From Squalus acanthias (lineage: Eukaryota), in contig CM059432.1 in NCBI GenBank assembly GCA_030390025.1, positions 73,162,001 through 73,226,000 on the forward strand: 64,000 bases of DNA. The letters are read 5' to 3'. The notes under the pieces are model-generated. The model saw nothing but the letters and a program-made list of their open reading frames with translations, made no database searches and was not told where the DNA came from. The position numbers were made by a program, and so were the translations under genes. The stretch's first letter is position 1; the number at the start of each line of letters is the position of its first letter. Shown here piece after piece: positions 50,860 to 63,698 of the stretch.

Positions 50860-51610
50860 ACATAAGAACTTCAGAAAGCAAGGAACAACAAAAGGCCATA
50901 CAACCCATGAAGCCCACTTCTTCCACAGAGCACGTGCAATCTATTCTATCATAAACTCTACCTAACACTTTTAACCTAAGGGAACATTCTGCATAAAAAC
51001 TATTTGATCCCTAAAAGGTGATCAAGTAAAATGTTATTTGATCTATCATCCCCATATCTGCATAATTCAACACCTGGCCAGCTAGACTTCACAAATGAAC
51101 TATTCTTCTCATCCCCAGGATCACATGAACCGTTGTGTCCTGCAAAGTACTTGATCAGCTAGGCTTATACTTATATTTATGTAGCTTTCAGTCCTATGGT
51201 ATTTATCCAGCTCTTTTTTGGAAGAGTTAATTAACATATATCAACATATTTTGCTCGGAGTTTGTTCCACATATGCACTAGTCTGCGAGGAAAAACATAC
51301 TTCTAGTTTGAAGTCTCACTTGAGGCTTGTTGATTTTGAACCTACGTCCTATAAGTCTGTGTTCACAGGCCAAATTAAACAACCTGCTTACATTTACTTC
51401 ATCTGTGCCCCTCAGCATTTTAATGACCTGGATCATGTCTCTCAACCCCCTGCCCTCCGCCCCAACTCCTTTTCTCCAATGCAAAGAAGATTAGCTTTGA
51501 AAGTATATCTTCAGAACTATGAGCCATTTTGTTACACTTCTCTGAACCCTCTCCAATGCACCAATGTCCTTGAGAAGGTAAAGTAGCCAAAAAGAACACA
51601 ATAGGGTTCA
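50860..51610 (-). mobile_element. Old CR1 3' fragment
   Basis: ORF 51278-51484 LRDMIQVIKMLRGTDEVNVSRLF resembles the CR1 RGDLIEVYKI region. Confidence 0.6.
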
Positions 51611-51820
51611 TTCCCTGATCAGGCCCACCAGGCACAATGTGGTATGGGCAGGGACTGCTGGTTGAGAAATTGAATTGCAGGATGCTTTTGCACCACTTTA
51701 AATGGATGGAAAACTGAGCATTGCAGGCCTGTGATCAGGCTCTCTCTGCAAGCACCGTGCTGCACTGGGAGTGTCCAATTGGGGAATAAGTCCTAATATT
51801 TCCAATGTGGCATCATCATC

Positions 51821-54800
51821 TTTTTTTATTTGTTCATGAGATGTGGGCGTCGCTGGCAAGGCCGGCATTTATTGCCCATCCCTAGTTGCCCTTGAGAAGG
51901 TGGTGGTAAGCCGCCTTCTTGAACCGCTGCAGTCCGTGTGGTAAAAGTACTCCCACAGTGCTGTTAGGGAGGGAGTTCAGTATTTTGACCCAGCGACGCT
52001 GAAGGAGCGACGATATACTTCAAGTCAGGATGGAATGTGACTTGGGAGGGGAACTTGGAGGTGGTGGTGTTCCCATGCATCTGCTGCCCTTGTCCTTCTA
52101 GGTGGAAGAGGTCGCGGGTTTGGGAGGTGCTGCCGAAGAAGCCTTGGTGAGTTGCTGCAGTGCATCTTGTAGATGGTACACACTGCAGCCACAGTACACC
52201 GGTGGTGGAGGGAGTGAATGTTTAAGGTGGTGATGGGGTGCCAATCAAGTGGACTGCTTTGTCTTGGATGGTGTCGAGCTTCTTTAGTGTTGTTGGAGCT
52301 GCACTCATCCAGGCAAGTGGAGAGTATTCCATCACAATCCTGACTTGTGCCTTGTAGATGGTGGAAAGGCTTTGGGGAGTCAAGAGATGAGACACTCGCC
52401 GCAGAATACCCAGCCTCTGACCTGCTCTTGTTGCCACAGTATTTATGTGGCTGGTCCAGTTAAGTATCTGGTCAATGGTGACCCCCCAGGATATTGATTG
52501 TGGGGGATTCGGCGAGGGTAATGCCGTTGAATGTCAAGGGGCGGTGGTTAGACTCCCGCTTGTTGGAGATAGTCATTGCCTGGCACTTCTGTGGCGCGAA
52601 TGTTACCTGCCACTTATCAGCCCAAGCCTGAATGTTGTCCAGGTCTTGTTGCATGCGGGCATGGACTGCTTCATTATCTGAGGAGTTGTGAATGGCACTG
52701 AACACTGTGCAGTCATGAGCGCACATCCTCATTTCTGACCTTATGTTGGAGGGAAGGTCATTGATGAAGCAGCTGAAGATCGTTGTGCCTAGGACACTGC
52801 CCTGAAGAACTCCTGCAGCGATGTCCTGGGGCTGTGATGATTGACCTTCAACCACCACAACCATCTTCCTTTGTGCTTGGTATGACTCCAGCTAGTGGAG
52901 AGTTTTTTCCCGATTCCCATTGACTTCAGTTTTACTAGATGCCACACTCGGTCAAATGCTGCCTTGATGTCAAGGGCAGTCACTCTCACCTCTCCTCTGG
53001 AATTTAGCTCCTTTGTCCATGTTTGGACCAAGGCTGTAATGAGGTCGGGAGCAGAGTGGTCTTGGCGGAACCCAAACTGGGCATCAGTGAGCAGGTTATT
53101 GGTGAGTAAGTGCCACTTGATGGAAGCTGTCATGAACAGTGCTATCACTTTGCTGATGATTGAGAGTAGACTGATGGGGCGGTAATTGGCCGGATTGGAT
53201 TTGTCCTTTTTGTGGACAGGACATACCTGGGCAGTTTTCCACATTGTCGGATAGATGCCAGTGTTGTAGCTGTACTGGAACAGCTTGGCTAGAGGCGCGG
53301 CTAGTTCTGGAGCACAAGTCTTCAGCACGATAGCCGGGATGTTGGCGGGTCCCATAGCCTTTGCTGTATCCAGTGTGCTCAGCCATTTCTTGACATCACG
53401 TGGAGTGAATCGAATTGGCTGAAGACTGGCTTCTGTGATGGTGGGGACCTCAGGAGGAGGCCGAGATGGATCATCCACTTAGCACTTTTGGCTGAATGCA
53501 GTTGCAAATGCTTCAGTCTTGTCTTTCGCACTCACGTGCTGAGCTCCACCATCATTGAGGATGGGGATATTCATGGAGCATCCTCCTCTTGTTAGTTGTT
53601 TAATGGTCCACCACCATTCACGACTAGATGTGGCAGGACTGCAGAGCTTTGATCTGATCCGTTGATTGTGGGATCGCTTAGCCCTGTCTATAGCACGCTG
53701 CTTCCACTTTTTAGCATGCATGTAGTCCTGTACTGCAGCTTCCCCAGGTTGGCACCTCATTTTTAGGTATGCCTGGTGCTGCTCCTGGCATGCTCTTCTA
53801 CACTCCTTATTGAACCAGGGTTGGTCCCCTGGCTTGATGGTAATGGTGGAGTGAGGGATATGCCGGGCCATGAGGTTACAGATTGTGGTGGAATACAATT
53901 CTGCTGCTGCTGATGGCCCACAGCGCCTCATGGATGCCCAGTTTTGAGCTGCTAGATCTGTTCTGAATCTATCCCATTTAGTACAGTGGTAGTGCCACAC
54001 AACACGATGGAGGGTGTCCTCAGTGTGAAGACGGGACTTCGTCTCCACAATGAGTTTTAAAGAGTGTGCAGGGACAGAGAGACCTGGAAGGTAATGTGCA
54101 TAGGTCCCTGAAGGTGGCGGGACATATTGCGAAAGTGGTTAGCAAAGCATATGGGATCTTGGGCTTCATAAATAGATTTATTGAGTACAAAGTTAGAGAA
54201 GTTATGCTGAACAGTTATAAAGCGTTGGTTAGGCCACAACTGGAGTACTGCGTCCAGTTCTGGTCACCACACTTTAGGAAGGATGTGAAGGCTCTTGAGA
54301 GGGTGCAGAGGAGATTTACCAGAATGGTTCTGGGGATGGGGGATCTTAGCTACAAGGACAGGTTGGAGAAGCTAGATTTGTTTTCATTTGAGCAAAAGGA
54401 GGTTGCAGGGTGATTTGATAGAGATGTACAAGATTATGACGGGTTTGGATAGGCTAGACAGGGAAAGGCTGTTCCCACTAGTTGATGGTACAAGAACTAG
54501 GGGACACAGATTTAAGGTTTTGGGCAAGAGATACAGGGGGGATGTGAGGAAAAACTTTTTTACGCAGCGAGTGGTGAGGACCTGGAACTCGCTGTTGACG
54601 GAAGTGGTGGAAGCGGAGACACTCAATGTTTTCAAGGGGAGACTGGATAGGCACTTGAGGGAAATACACTTGCAGGGCTATGGGGATAGAGCGGGGGAAT
54701 GGGACTGGCTGGATTGCTCTACAGAGAGCTGGCACGGACTCGATGGGCTGAATGGCCTCCTTCTGTGCCGTTATGACTCTATGACTGTGCGGTGATCACT

Positions 54801-55815
54801 GCTACCAATACTGTCACGGACAGATGCATCTGTGACAGGTAGATTGGTGAGGGTGAGGTCAAGTAGGTTTTTCCCCTCGTGTTGGTTCTCTCACCACCTG
54901 TCGCAGGTATGTCCTTCAGGACTCGGCCAGCTCGGTCAGTAGTGGTGCTACCGAGGCACTCTGGGTGATGGACATTGAAGTCCCCCTCCGAGAGTACATT
55001 CTGTGCCCTTGCTACTCTCAGTGCTTCTTCCAAATGGTGTTCAACATGGAGGAGTACTGATTCATCAGCTGAGGGAGGGTAATCAGCAGGAGGTTTTCTT
55101 GCCCATACTTGACCTGAAGCCATGAGACCTCGTAGGGTCCGGAGTCAATGTTGAGGACTCCCAGGGCCACTCCTTCCCGACTGTATACCACTGTGCCGCC
55201 ACTTCTGGTGGGTCTGTCCTGCCGGTGGGACAGGACATACCCAGCGATGGTGATGGAGGAGTTTGGGACATTGGCTGAAAGGTATGATTCTGTGAGTATG
55301 AATAGGTCAGGCTGTTGCTTGACTAGTCTATGCGACAGCTCTCCCAATTTTGGCACTAGTCCCCAGATGTTGGTGAGGAGGACTTTGCAGGGTCGACTAG
55401 GCTGGGTGTGCCGTTGCCGTGTCCGTAGTCTGTGCCGAGGTCGATGCCGGGTGGTCCGTCCGGTTTCATTCTTCTTATTGTGTTTCGTAGTGGTTTGTTA
55501 CAACTGAGTGGCTTGCTAGGTCATTTCAGAGGGAAGTTAAGAATCAACCACATTGCTGTGGGTCTGGAGTCACAGACCAGGTAAGGACAGCAGATTTCCT
55601 TCCCTAAAGGACATTAATGAACCAGATGGGCTTTTACGACAATCCGATAGTTTCATGGTTACCATTACTGATAGTAGCTTTTTTATTCCAGATTATTTAA
55701 TTAACTGAATTTAAATTCCCCAGCTGCCATGGTGGGATTTGAACTCACATCTCTGATCATTAGCCCAGGCTTCTGGATTACCAGCCCAGTGACATTACCG
55801 CTATGCTACCGTTCC
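51821..55815 (-). mobile_element. Full-length CR1-group (Zenon-like) LINE copy 2: tRNA-like head, APE-RT, 3' tail; interrupted by a CR1
   Basis: APE motifs TNIWGL, ILTESYL, GDFNVHH; RT motifs YRPISLLSIISKV, QFGFR, ALDIKAAFDRVWH, GVLQGSVLG; C-terminal YKAQVRIVMEY. A box 55798-55808, B box 55735-55746; A-rich tail. Confidence 0.92.
54054..54784 (+). mobile_element. CR1 3' fragment nested in LINE copy 2
   Basis: LVRPQLEYCVQFWSP and RGHRFKV motifs; tail TATGACTCTATGA; ATGA at both junctions. Confidence 0.93.
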
Positions 55816-55939
55816 CGTAATTCTTGAATATGGCACTGTAATGGTAAAATATGACAAATATAAACTACTAAATAATTGGCATTCACTAGAAAGATATCAA
55901 GAATGAGTAGTTATAGTTGAAAGAAAGGCTCAAAGACTT

Positions 55940-56375
55940 GCCTGTTTTTTTCATGCAACAGAAGAGCCTAAGGCGGGCGGGGGGGGGGGGGGGGGGGGGG
56001 GGAGGCAGTGGAATCTATTGAGGTTTTCAAGAGGGTCAATAGTGAAAGATTGTTTCCACTGGTTGACAAATCAGTAACAAAGAGGTATAACCTCAGGATT
56101 ATCACTAGAAGAATGAAAGAGGAAGTAAAAAGATTTCTTTTTTACACAGATGGTTATTTGAACATGGAAAGCTTTATCACAGATCGCTATTGAGACAGAC
56201 ACTACAATACAATTTAACAGGGAATTGAATAAGGCTTTGAAAAGGAAGAATATAAAAAGACACAGGAAAAAAAGCCAGAGAATTAGGATTACAGAAGACA
56301 GCTCCAGTAGAAAAGCCAGCACCAGCACAGACACTATGGGCCAAATGGTGCTCTATGCTAATTGAATTCTATGTC
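55940..56375 (+). mobile_element. Old CR1 3' fragment containing a poly-G run (~55979-56002)
   Basis: IEVFKRVNSERLFPLVDKS; tail GAATTCTATG. Confidence 0.65.
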
Positions 56376-57259
56376 TAATTGTCAAAAGTTCCTACCACCA
56401 AATATTTCAAGAATCTTGCAAGGATAAATAAATTCATTGGAAGCCACTGTATATAGAATATTTTAATGTAATTTCTAACATTATCTGAACAAGAACACCT
56501 GTTGTAATCAGTAAGTGTTTTATTGATGAAAGACTACAGTATCATTGCAGAACAAGAATGCTATCACTCAAAACAGGTTGAAAAGGCTTTTTGTATCATC
56601 CCTATGTGTTGGGAAAAGGGGTCATTAACTTTTCCTTAACAATAGACAGAAAGCTATAATAAATTGCATCTAGATTTGCTATGACTAATAGGAATGTCAT
56701 TACAAATATTTATCAGTCATGGTGAAGTATGCAGATCATTCCCTTTCTCACAAGCAAAGTGGCTGTGACATCATAAACTGACAGATTATTCTTGTAGCTA
56801 GGACTTTAAGGGAAAGAACATCAAAGGAGAATACTTTTTATTCAAAATACTCAGCCATTTTTTAGAAAGGAATATTGGCCTCCGGATGATGTTTAAAAAA
56901 ATATTAATTTTCTCACCAGCCTGGAGGTGCTTGACTTGGGTCTCCCTTGCTGCTACACTGCTCCATTTATGCTACCGACGGGGAATATACCCATGCTTCT
57001 CCATAGAAAATGACAAAGATTGTGATTTCAGTCCCGCCTGAGAACAACCCAACCCCAAGGAAACCATGTTACTGTGCGGTAATGCATATTTCCCAGAGCA
57101 CAGTATGGTCTTCAAGGGTCCCGAGAAGCCTTACATGTAAGGTCTGTGGTCAAAATGTAAAGTAGCTTAATTAACTCATTTTCTAAAAGTGAACTCGTGT
57201 TTCCAGTATTTGTTTGCATGAGTTAAGAAATTCATAGAAAATGATGTAATTCTAATGAA

Positions 57260-59786
57260 TTCTCCCTGGATGATGAAAGAGATAGAGAGTAAGATGAAGC
57301 ACAAAAAGAACATGTATGACAGATGTCAGGTTGAGAATACAAGCGAGAATCAGGCTGAATATAGGAAGTTCAGAGGGGAAGTGAAAAAGAAAATAAGAGG
57401 GGCAAAGAGATTATGAGAATAGATTGGAAGGGAATTCAATAGTTTTCTATAGGCATATAAATAGTAAATGGGTAGTAAGAGGAGGGGTGGGGCCGATTAG
57501 GGACCAAAAAGAAGAACTACACATGGAGGCTGAGGTACTAAATGAATACTTTGCATCTGTCTTTACCAAGGAAGAAGATGCTGCCAAAGTCAGAGTGAAA
57601 GAGGGGGTAGTGGAGATACTGGATGAGATAAAAATTGATAGAGGTGGTACTAGAAAGGCTGGCTGTACTTAAAGTTGATAAGTCACCAGGACCAGATGGG
57701 ATGCATCCTAGGATGCTGAGGGAAGTTAAGGAGGAAATCGTGGAGGTACTGGCCATAATCTTCCAATCCTCCTTGGATACAGAGGTGGTGCCAGAGGACT
57801 GGAGAATTGCAAATGTTACACCCTGTTCAAAAAAGGGTGTAAGGATAAACCCAGCAACTACAGGCCAGTCAGTTTAACCTCGGTAGTGGGGAAGCTTTTA
57901 GAAACAATAATCAGGGACAAAGTTAACAGTCACTTGGACAAGTGTGGATTAATTAAGGAAAGCCAGCACGGATTTGTTAAAGGCAAATCTCGTTTAACTA
58001 ACTTGATCAAGTTTTTTGATGACAAAAGAGAGGGTTGATGTGATGTACATGGACTTCCAAAAGTCATTTGATAAAGTGCCACATAATAGGCTTGCCAGCA
58101 AAGTTGAAGCCCATGGAATAAAAGGGACCGTGGCAGCATGGATACAAAATTGGCTATGTGACAGGAAAGAGAGAGTAGTGGTGAACGGTTGTTTTTTGGA
58201 CTGGAGGAAGGTATACAGTGGTGTTCCCCAGGGGTCGTTACTAGGACCACTTCTTTTCTTGATATATATTAATGACTTGGACTTTGGTGTACAGGGCACA
58301 ATTTCAAAATTTGCAGATGACACGAAACTTGGAAGTATAGTGAACAGTGAGGAGGATAGTAATAGACTTCAAGACATAGACAAGCTGGTGAAATGGGCGG
58401 ACACATGGCAAATGAAATTTAATGCAGAAAAGTGCAAAATGATACATTTTGGTAGGAAGAACGAGGAGAGGTAATATCAACTAAAGGATACAATCCTAAA
58501 GGTGGTGCAGGAACAGAGAGACCTGGGGGTATATGTGCACAAATCTTTGAAGGTGGCAGGGCAGGTTAAGAAAGCGGTTAAAAGAGCATACGGGATCCTG
58601 GGCTTCGTAAATAGAGGCATAGGGCTCGATTTTGTCATGGGGCGGGCTGGGGTCATGTCATCTGCTTTTCGTGTTAGCCACCCGACTCCAATTGGATGTG
58701 GGAGAATTATTCGATTTTCCACTAATTGGGCAATTGAGTTCCAGCATGTGGGAACCCATGACCCAATTAGTTTTTTCAGTCTGAAAGTCGCCTCTGATGA
58801 TGTCATCATTGCTGCTGCATTTAAGGTTTGCAAAGACTGGGTAGCTTTTGGCCTTTGCTGTGAGAGGGACCTGGAGGCAAAATGAGCAGCAGGAGACCTA
58901 AGTCTGCTCCCAGATTTTTTTTAGCACCACCACCACCACCACTACTACTACTCCAGGCTCCAAACTTCCACACCAATGGTTATGACTGCTAAAAGTTCCC
59001 CCAGAATGATGATTCATCAAATCTCCTTCTTAATGGTGGACCTGCAGCTGATAGTCAGCAATCCAAGTGTGCTACCGCCAGGTTTCAGAGGAGGCGTGCA
59101 TCACGTCGGAAAAGTCTTAAAATCAGAAAGGCCTCTCAAAATGGGATTATAGAGGCAATTAAGTGGTTGTTAAGGGCCTTAAGGGCCTATCCCGCCTCTT
59201 GGAGACGGGATCAGAAACCACGCATTTGGGAAAATTGCTCGGAGGCGGGGTCGGGTCCGCCCGCCATTTTTTCCAATTTTAACACCCCACACGCCTCCAT
59301 TCCCGCCTCCTCGGGCCTGGCAAAAGCGAGCCCATAGAGTACAAAAGCGAGGAAGTTATGATGAACCTTTATAAAACACTGGTTCAGCCTCAACTGGAGT
59401 ATTGTGTCTAATTCTGGGCACCATACTTTAGGAAGGATGTGAAGACCTTCGAGAGGGTGCAGAAAAGATTTACGAGAATGATTCCAAGGATGCGGGACTT
59501 CAGTTACGTGGATAGACTAAAGAAGCTGGGGTTGTCCTCCTTAGAGCAGAGAAGGTTGAGAGGAGATTTGATAGGTGTTCAAAATCTTGAGGGGTCTAGA
59601 CAGAGTAGATGAAGTGAAACTGTTTCCATTGGCAGAAGGGTCAAGAACCAGAGGACACAGATTTAAGGTGATTGGCAGAAAAACCAAAGACAACATGAGG
59701 AAAAACTTTTTTACACAGTGACTGGTTAGGATCTGGAATGCACTGCCTGAAAGGGTGGTAGAGGCAGACTCAATCGTGGCTTTCAC
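57260..59786 (+). mobile_element. CR1 LINE ORF2 fragment, frameshifted, with a nested MITE
   Basis: SPGPDGMHPRML, YMDFQKSFDKVPH, GVPQGSLLGP, KFADDTKL. Confidence 0.95.
58622..59333. mobile_element. Harbinger-type MITE in CR1
   Basis: TIR GGGCTCGATTTTG and CAAAAGCGAGCCC; TSD ATA. Removing it restores NRGIEYK. Confidence 0.92.
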
Positions 59787-59925
59787 AACCACCGGATGTC
59801 TCAAAGCGCTTTACAGCCAATGAAGTACTTTTTGAAGTGTAGTCACTGTTGTTCTGTAGGAAACGCAGCAGCCAATTTGCGCATACAAGCTCCCACAAAC
59901 AGCAATGTGATAATGACCAGAAAAT
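59787..59925 (-). mobile_element. Deu-SINE 3' fragment
   Basis: Reverse complement of ~63010-63150. Confidence 0.85.
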
Positions 59926-60523
59926 CCTGCTAGGTCCTGATACTCTGTATGCAAAAGTTACAGTTCCATAACTGCTACTTCAATATTCCGTAATGGTAGA
60001 CGTCTGGACTTCTTGCCAACTTCTTTTTTGTACTGAACTGTTGCACATAACAGGATTTCACCTAGTTTCAATTACACACATGCACAGCTTTAATAAAAGC
60101 AAAACCAACTGACCAATGATCATTGTATACTTCTGAAAAATAAATATCAGGGTAAAATTTCTGTTTGAATTTCAAAGCCGATATAGAAAATTCCAGGAAA
60201 AAGACACTACTATAAAGTGTAGTGCTGCCTAATTAGCATTCTCTACAAATTCAGAGATCAGGATGCAGTTGGGCCGATTTTGAAGTGACTGCTTCTGGTG
60301 GATGGAATGAGCCTGCTGCCTGACCGATGGAAGCAGTCCACTGCAGAGCCCAGCCAGTCCAGGTAAATAACAGGGGTTGGAAGGGAGGCAATCCTATGGA
60401 GTGGCCACGGATGCTCCTCTTGATCCCATAGAATTGTTTAAAGAGCCTTTTTAAACTTTATTGGAACAATCTGCAACAGTCCTACACCAAGTACAAATGG
60501 ATGCGGCAATCATCAAACACAAT

Positions 60524-62265
60524 GGGTTGGATTTTGCGGGGGGGTCAGCGGGTGCGATCGGTGGCGGGGTCGGGTGGGAAAGTGTTTTTTTTCCCCAACA
60601 GGTCAGGACCCCGCTGTGAACCTGCCACCATGCACCTTTCCCCGATGTCGGGTCTGTCAGTGCTGAGCAGACCCAACACGCAGCGGCGGGTTCACAGCTG
60701 GGGACCCAATTCAGGTAATTAGTGGCTTGTTTAGAGCCACTTAAGAATGAATTTCAGCTTACCTTCTGCATTTGGCAGCTCGCCCACAGGGTCCACACTG
60801 GTCGTGGACCACGTCTGTCAAGCTGAGGCGGGAGTTTAGTGGCCATTGAATCAGCTGTTGAATTGACAGCTTCAAATGCAAAGTAAAAGCTCCCACCTTA
60901 CAGAGATATCTTCCCTCAGCCACAAACTCTTCCTCACTGCATTTCCACAACAGATTCACCATGCTGCAAGTCTTTACACAAATCTCCATCCAGTCTGACC
61001 TCATTACCTCTCTCACCATTGACGGATCGCTTCTGTCATCTCTACTTCACCTGCCCTCTATTCCATCAGCATAGGTGCCCTTTATACTCCCTCACCTTGG
61101 TCCTCAGAATCCCACTACGATCAGCCCCAACACCAGCAGCACCAACCTTCTCCGCAAGCACCTGATGCTGCACAGGACAGAGAGCATCAGCACCCGACCA
61201 CATTGCTGCCCGGGACGCCAGGGATGGCCTCACCATGGCCAGATTTACTTCACTTGACGCAGTACACCCTGGCTGCCACATGATACGCCAGGTTGGCACC
61301 ACCCCATACCAACACCATAAAGCATTCCTACAATGCCCAAGCCATTCCTTCCATAATCATCACCATTGCGGGGGTACCGTTATGTCTCACCATTCACTGC
61401 AACTCACTAAGCCACTTTCAAAGGTGCACACAAATCTGTCCAAGAATACAAAGTGTTGAAAATAAAGGTTTCAATGTTTGACACCCCTTTAACAGAAACT
61501 TGTACATTGCATAAAACACCTAAGTGCTTTCCTTTGTGTGTTGTTAGTTGGTATGATTGCACTAGGGTGAGGATGAGGGGTGGCGAGTGAGATGGGGATG
61601 TGATAATGTAGATAGAGAGTGATGGGTGGAAGTGCAAGGTAAGTTGGTGTGAGTAAGGATGTGCAGGAATAGGGTAGGGACGGCAGAGTGATGGGGATGT
61701 GATGAGAGGCACAGCAGGATGAAGTTGAGTGTGGCTTTGTACTAACATTTTATTATCTACTGAGATCATTGAAATGTTTGCGGCACTGCACCCAGGTCCT
61801 CCTGACCACATCCCTGTTTGTGTCCTCCTCTGCAATGTGCAACTAGGCTGTGTTGATCTCCTGGGAAGGTCTCTTCCGCCCATCGGAAGGGAAGAGGACC
61901 TCCCTGCATGCTGTGACTCCCTCCATAAGCACATGGAGGGAGGCATGGGAGAGCCTGGGTGCAGCACTGCACCTCTGTACAGTGCTTGTCTGTGTTTGCA
62001 GCACCTCAATGCTGTAGAACACTGACAGCACAAATGTCAAAATAAATTTGGCCATGCTCCCTTTAAGGAAACCAGTTGATGACGCGTCATCAAATGACTT
62101 CACCAGACACGCTTCCTCTAATTGGCCGGGAACGCACTGGGCGGGCTTAACAAGCCCCATCAAGGGAAACTCATTTCAAAGACTGGGTTGGAGACAGCAG
62201 TGGGGTTGAGACCCGCCACCGATGTTGCCCGCCACGGACCCGCCGAGGGTAGTAAAACCGCAGCC
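60524..62265. mobile_element. Harbinger deletion derivative with convergent transposase and Myb remnants
   Basis: Ends GGGTTGGATTTT and AAAACCGCAGCC; TSD AAT. Minus-strand Myb exon AAPRLSHASLHVLMEGV...RRTWVQCRKHFNDL at ~61755-61985. Confidence 0.88.
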
Positions 62266-62275
62266 AATGTCTCTC

Positions 62276-63578
62276 ATAGAAACATAAAATCATAGAATGG
62301 TTACAGCACAGAAGGAGGCCATTCGGCCCATCGAGCCCGTGCCAGCTCTCTGCAAGAGCATTTCAGCTAGTCCCACTCCCCCGCCCTTTCCCCGTGGCCC
62401 TGCAAATTTTTTACCTTCAGGTACTTCTCCAATTCCCTTTTGAAAGTTACGATTGAGTCTGCCTCCACCACCTATTCAGGCAGTGCATTCTAGATCATAA
62501 CCACTCGCTGCGTAAAAAAGTTTTTCCTCATGTCGCCTTTGGTTCTTTTGCTAATCACCTATTTAAGGCCTTCACATCCTTCCTAAAGTGTGGTGTCCAG
62601 AATTGGACATAATACTCCAGTTGAGGCCGAACCAGTGTTTTATAAAGGTTCATCATAACTTCCTCACTTTTGTACTCTATGCCTCTATTTATGAAGCCCA
62701 GGATCCCGTATGCTTTTTTAACCGCTTTCTTAACCTGCCCTGCCACCTTCAATGATTTGTGCACATATACCCCCAGTTCTCTCTGCTCACTTGAGCACAT
62801 AAAGCTAGGCGGACACTCCAGTGCAGTGCTGAGGGAGCGCCGCACTGTTGGAGGTGCCGTCTTTCAGATGAGACTTTAAACCGAGGCCCCATTTGCTCTC
62901 TCAGGTGGACGTAAAAGATCACAAGGCACTATTTCGAGGAAGAGCAGGGGAGTTATCCCCGGTGTCCTGGCCAATATTTATCCCTCAATCCACATAACAA
63001 AAACAGATTATCTGGTCATTGTCACATTGCTGTTTGTGGGAGCTTGCTGTGCGCAAATTGGCTGCCGCGTTTCCCACAGTACAACAGTGACTACAGTCCA
63101 AAAGTACTTCATTGGCTGTAAAGCGTTTTGAGACGTCCGGTGGTCGTGAAAGGCGCTATATAAATGCAAGTCTGTCTTTGTCTTTCTTGCACCCCCCTTT
63201 AGGATTGTATCCTCGTTCTTCCTACCAAAATGTATCATTTTGCACTTCTGTGTTAAATTTCATCTGCCAATTGTCTGCCCATTTCACCAGCCTGTCTGTG
63301 CCTTCTTGAAGTCTATCACTATCCTCCTCACTGTTCACTATACTTCCAAGTTTTGTGTCATCTGCAAATTGTGAAATTGTGCCCTGTACACCCAAGTCCA
63401 AGTCATTAATATATATCAAGAAAAGCAGTGGTCCTAGAACCGACCCCTGTGGAACACCACTGTGTACCTTCCTCCAGTCTGGAAAACAACCGTTCACCAC
63501 TACTCTCTGTTTCCTGTCACTTAGCCAATTTTGTATCCATGCTGCCGCTGTCCCTTTTATTCCTTGGGCTTCAACTCT
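62276..63578 (-). mobile_element. CR1 LINE fragment (internally deleted) with a nested SINE
   Basis: GVPQGSVLGP, FADDTKL, LVRPQLEY; tail repeats ATAGAAAC/ATAGAAT on the plus strand. Confidence 0.9.
62789..63186 (+). mobile_element. Deu-domain SINE, 5'-truncated, inserted in CR1
   Basis: Deu core and tail as at 23657-24040; CR1 sequence resumes on both sides. Confidence 0.92.
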
Positions 63579-63597
63579 GAAAATCACCACGTATATT

Positions 63598-63698
63598 AAA
63601 GAAAGAACTTGCATTTATATAATGCCTTTCACAATCTCAGGAATTTCTAAAGCATTTTACAACCAATGGAGTACTTTTGAAGTGTAGTCACTGTTGTA
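63598..63698 (-). mobile_element. Deu-SINE 3' tail fragment
   Basis: AAAGAAAGAACTTGCATTTATAT...GAAGTGTAGTCACTGTTGTAA. Confidence 0.8.

Noticed and set aside
55979..56002. Poly-G run as a functional G-quadruplex
   Set aside because: Homopolymer inside an old CR1; its length is unreliable and nothing else supports function.
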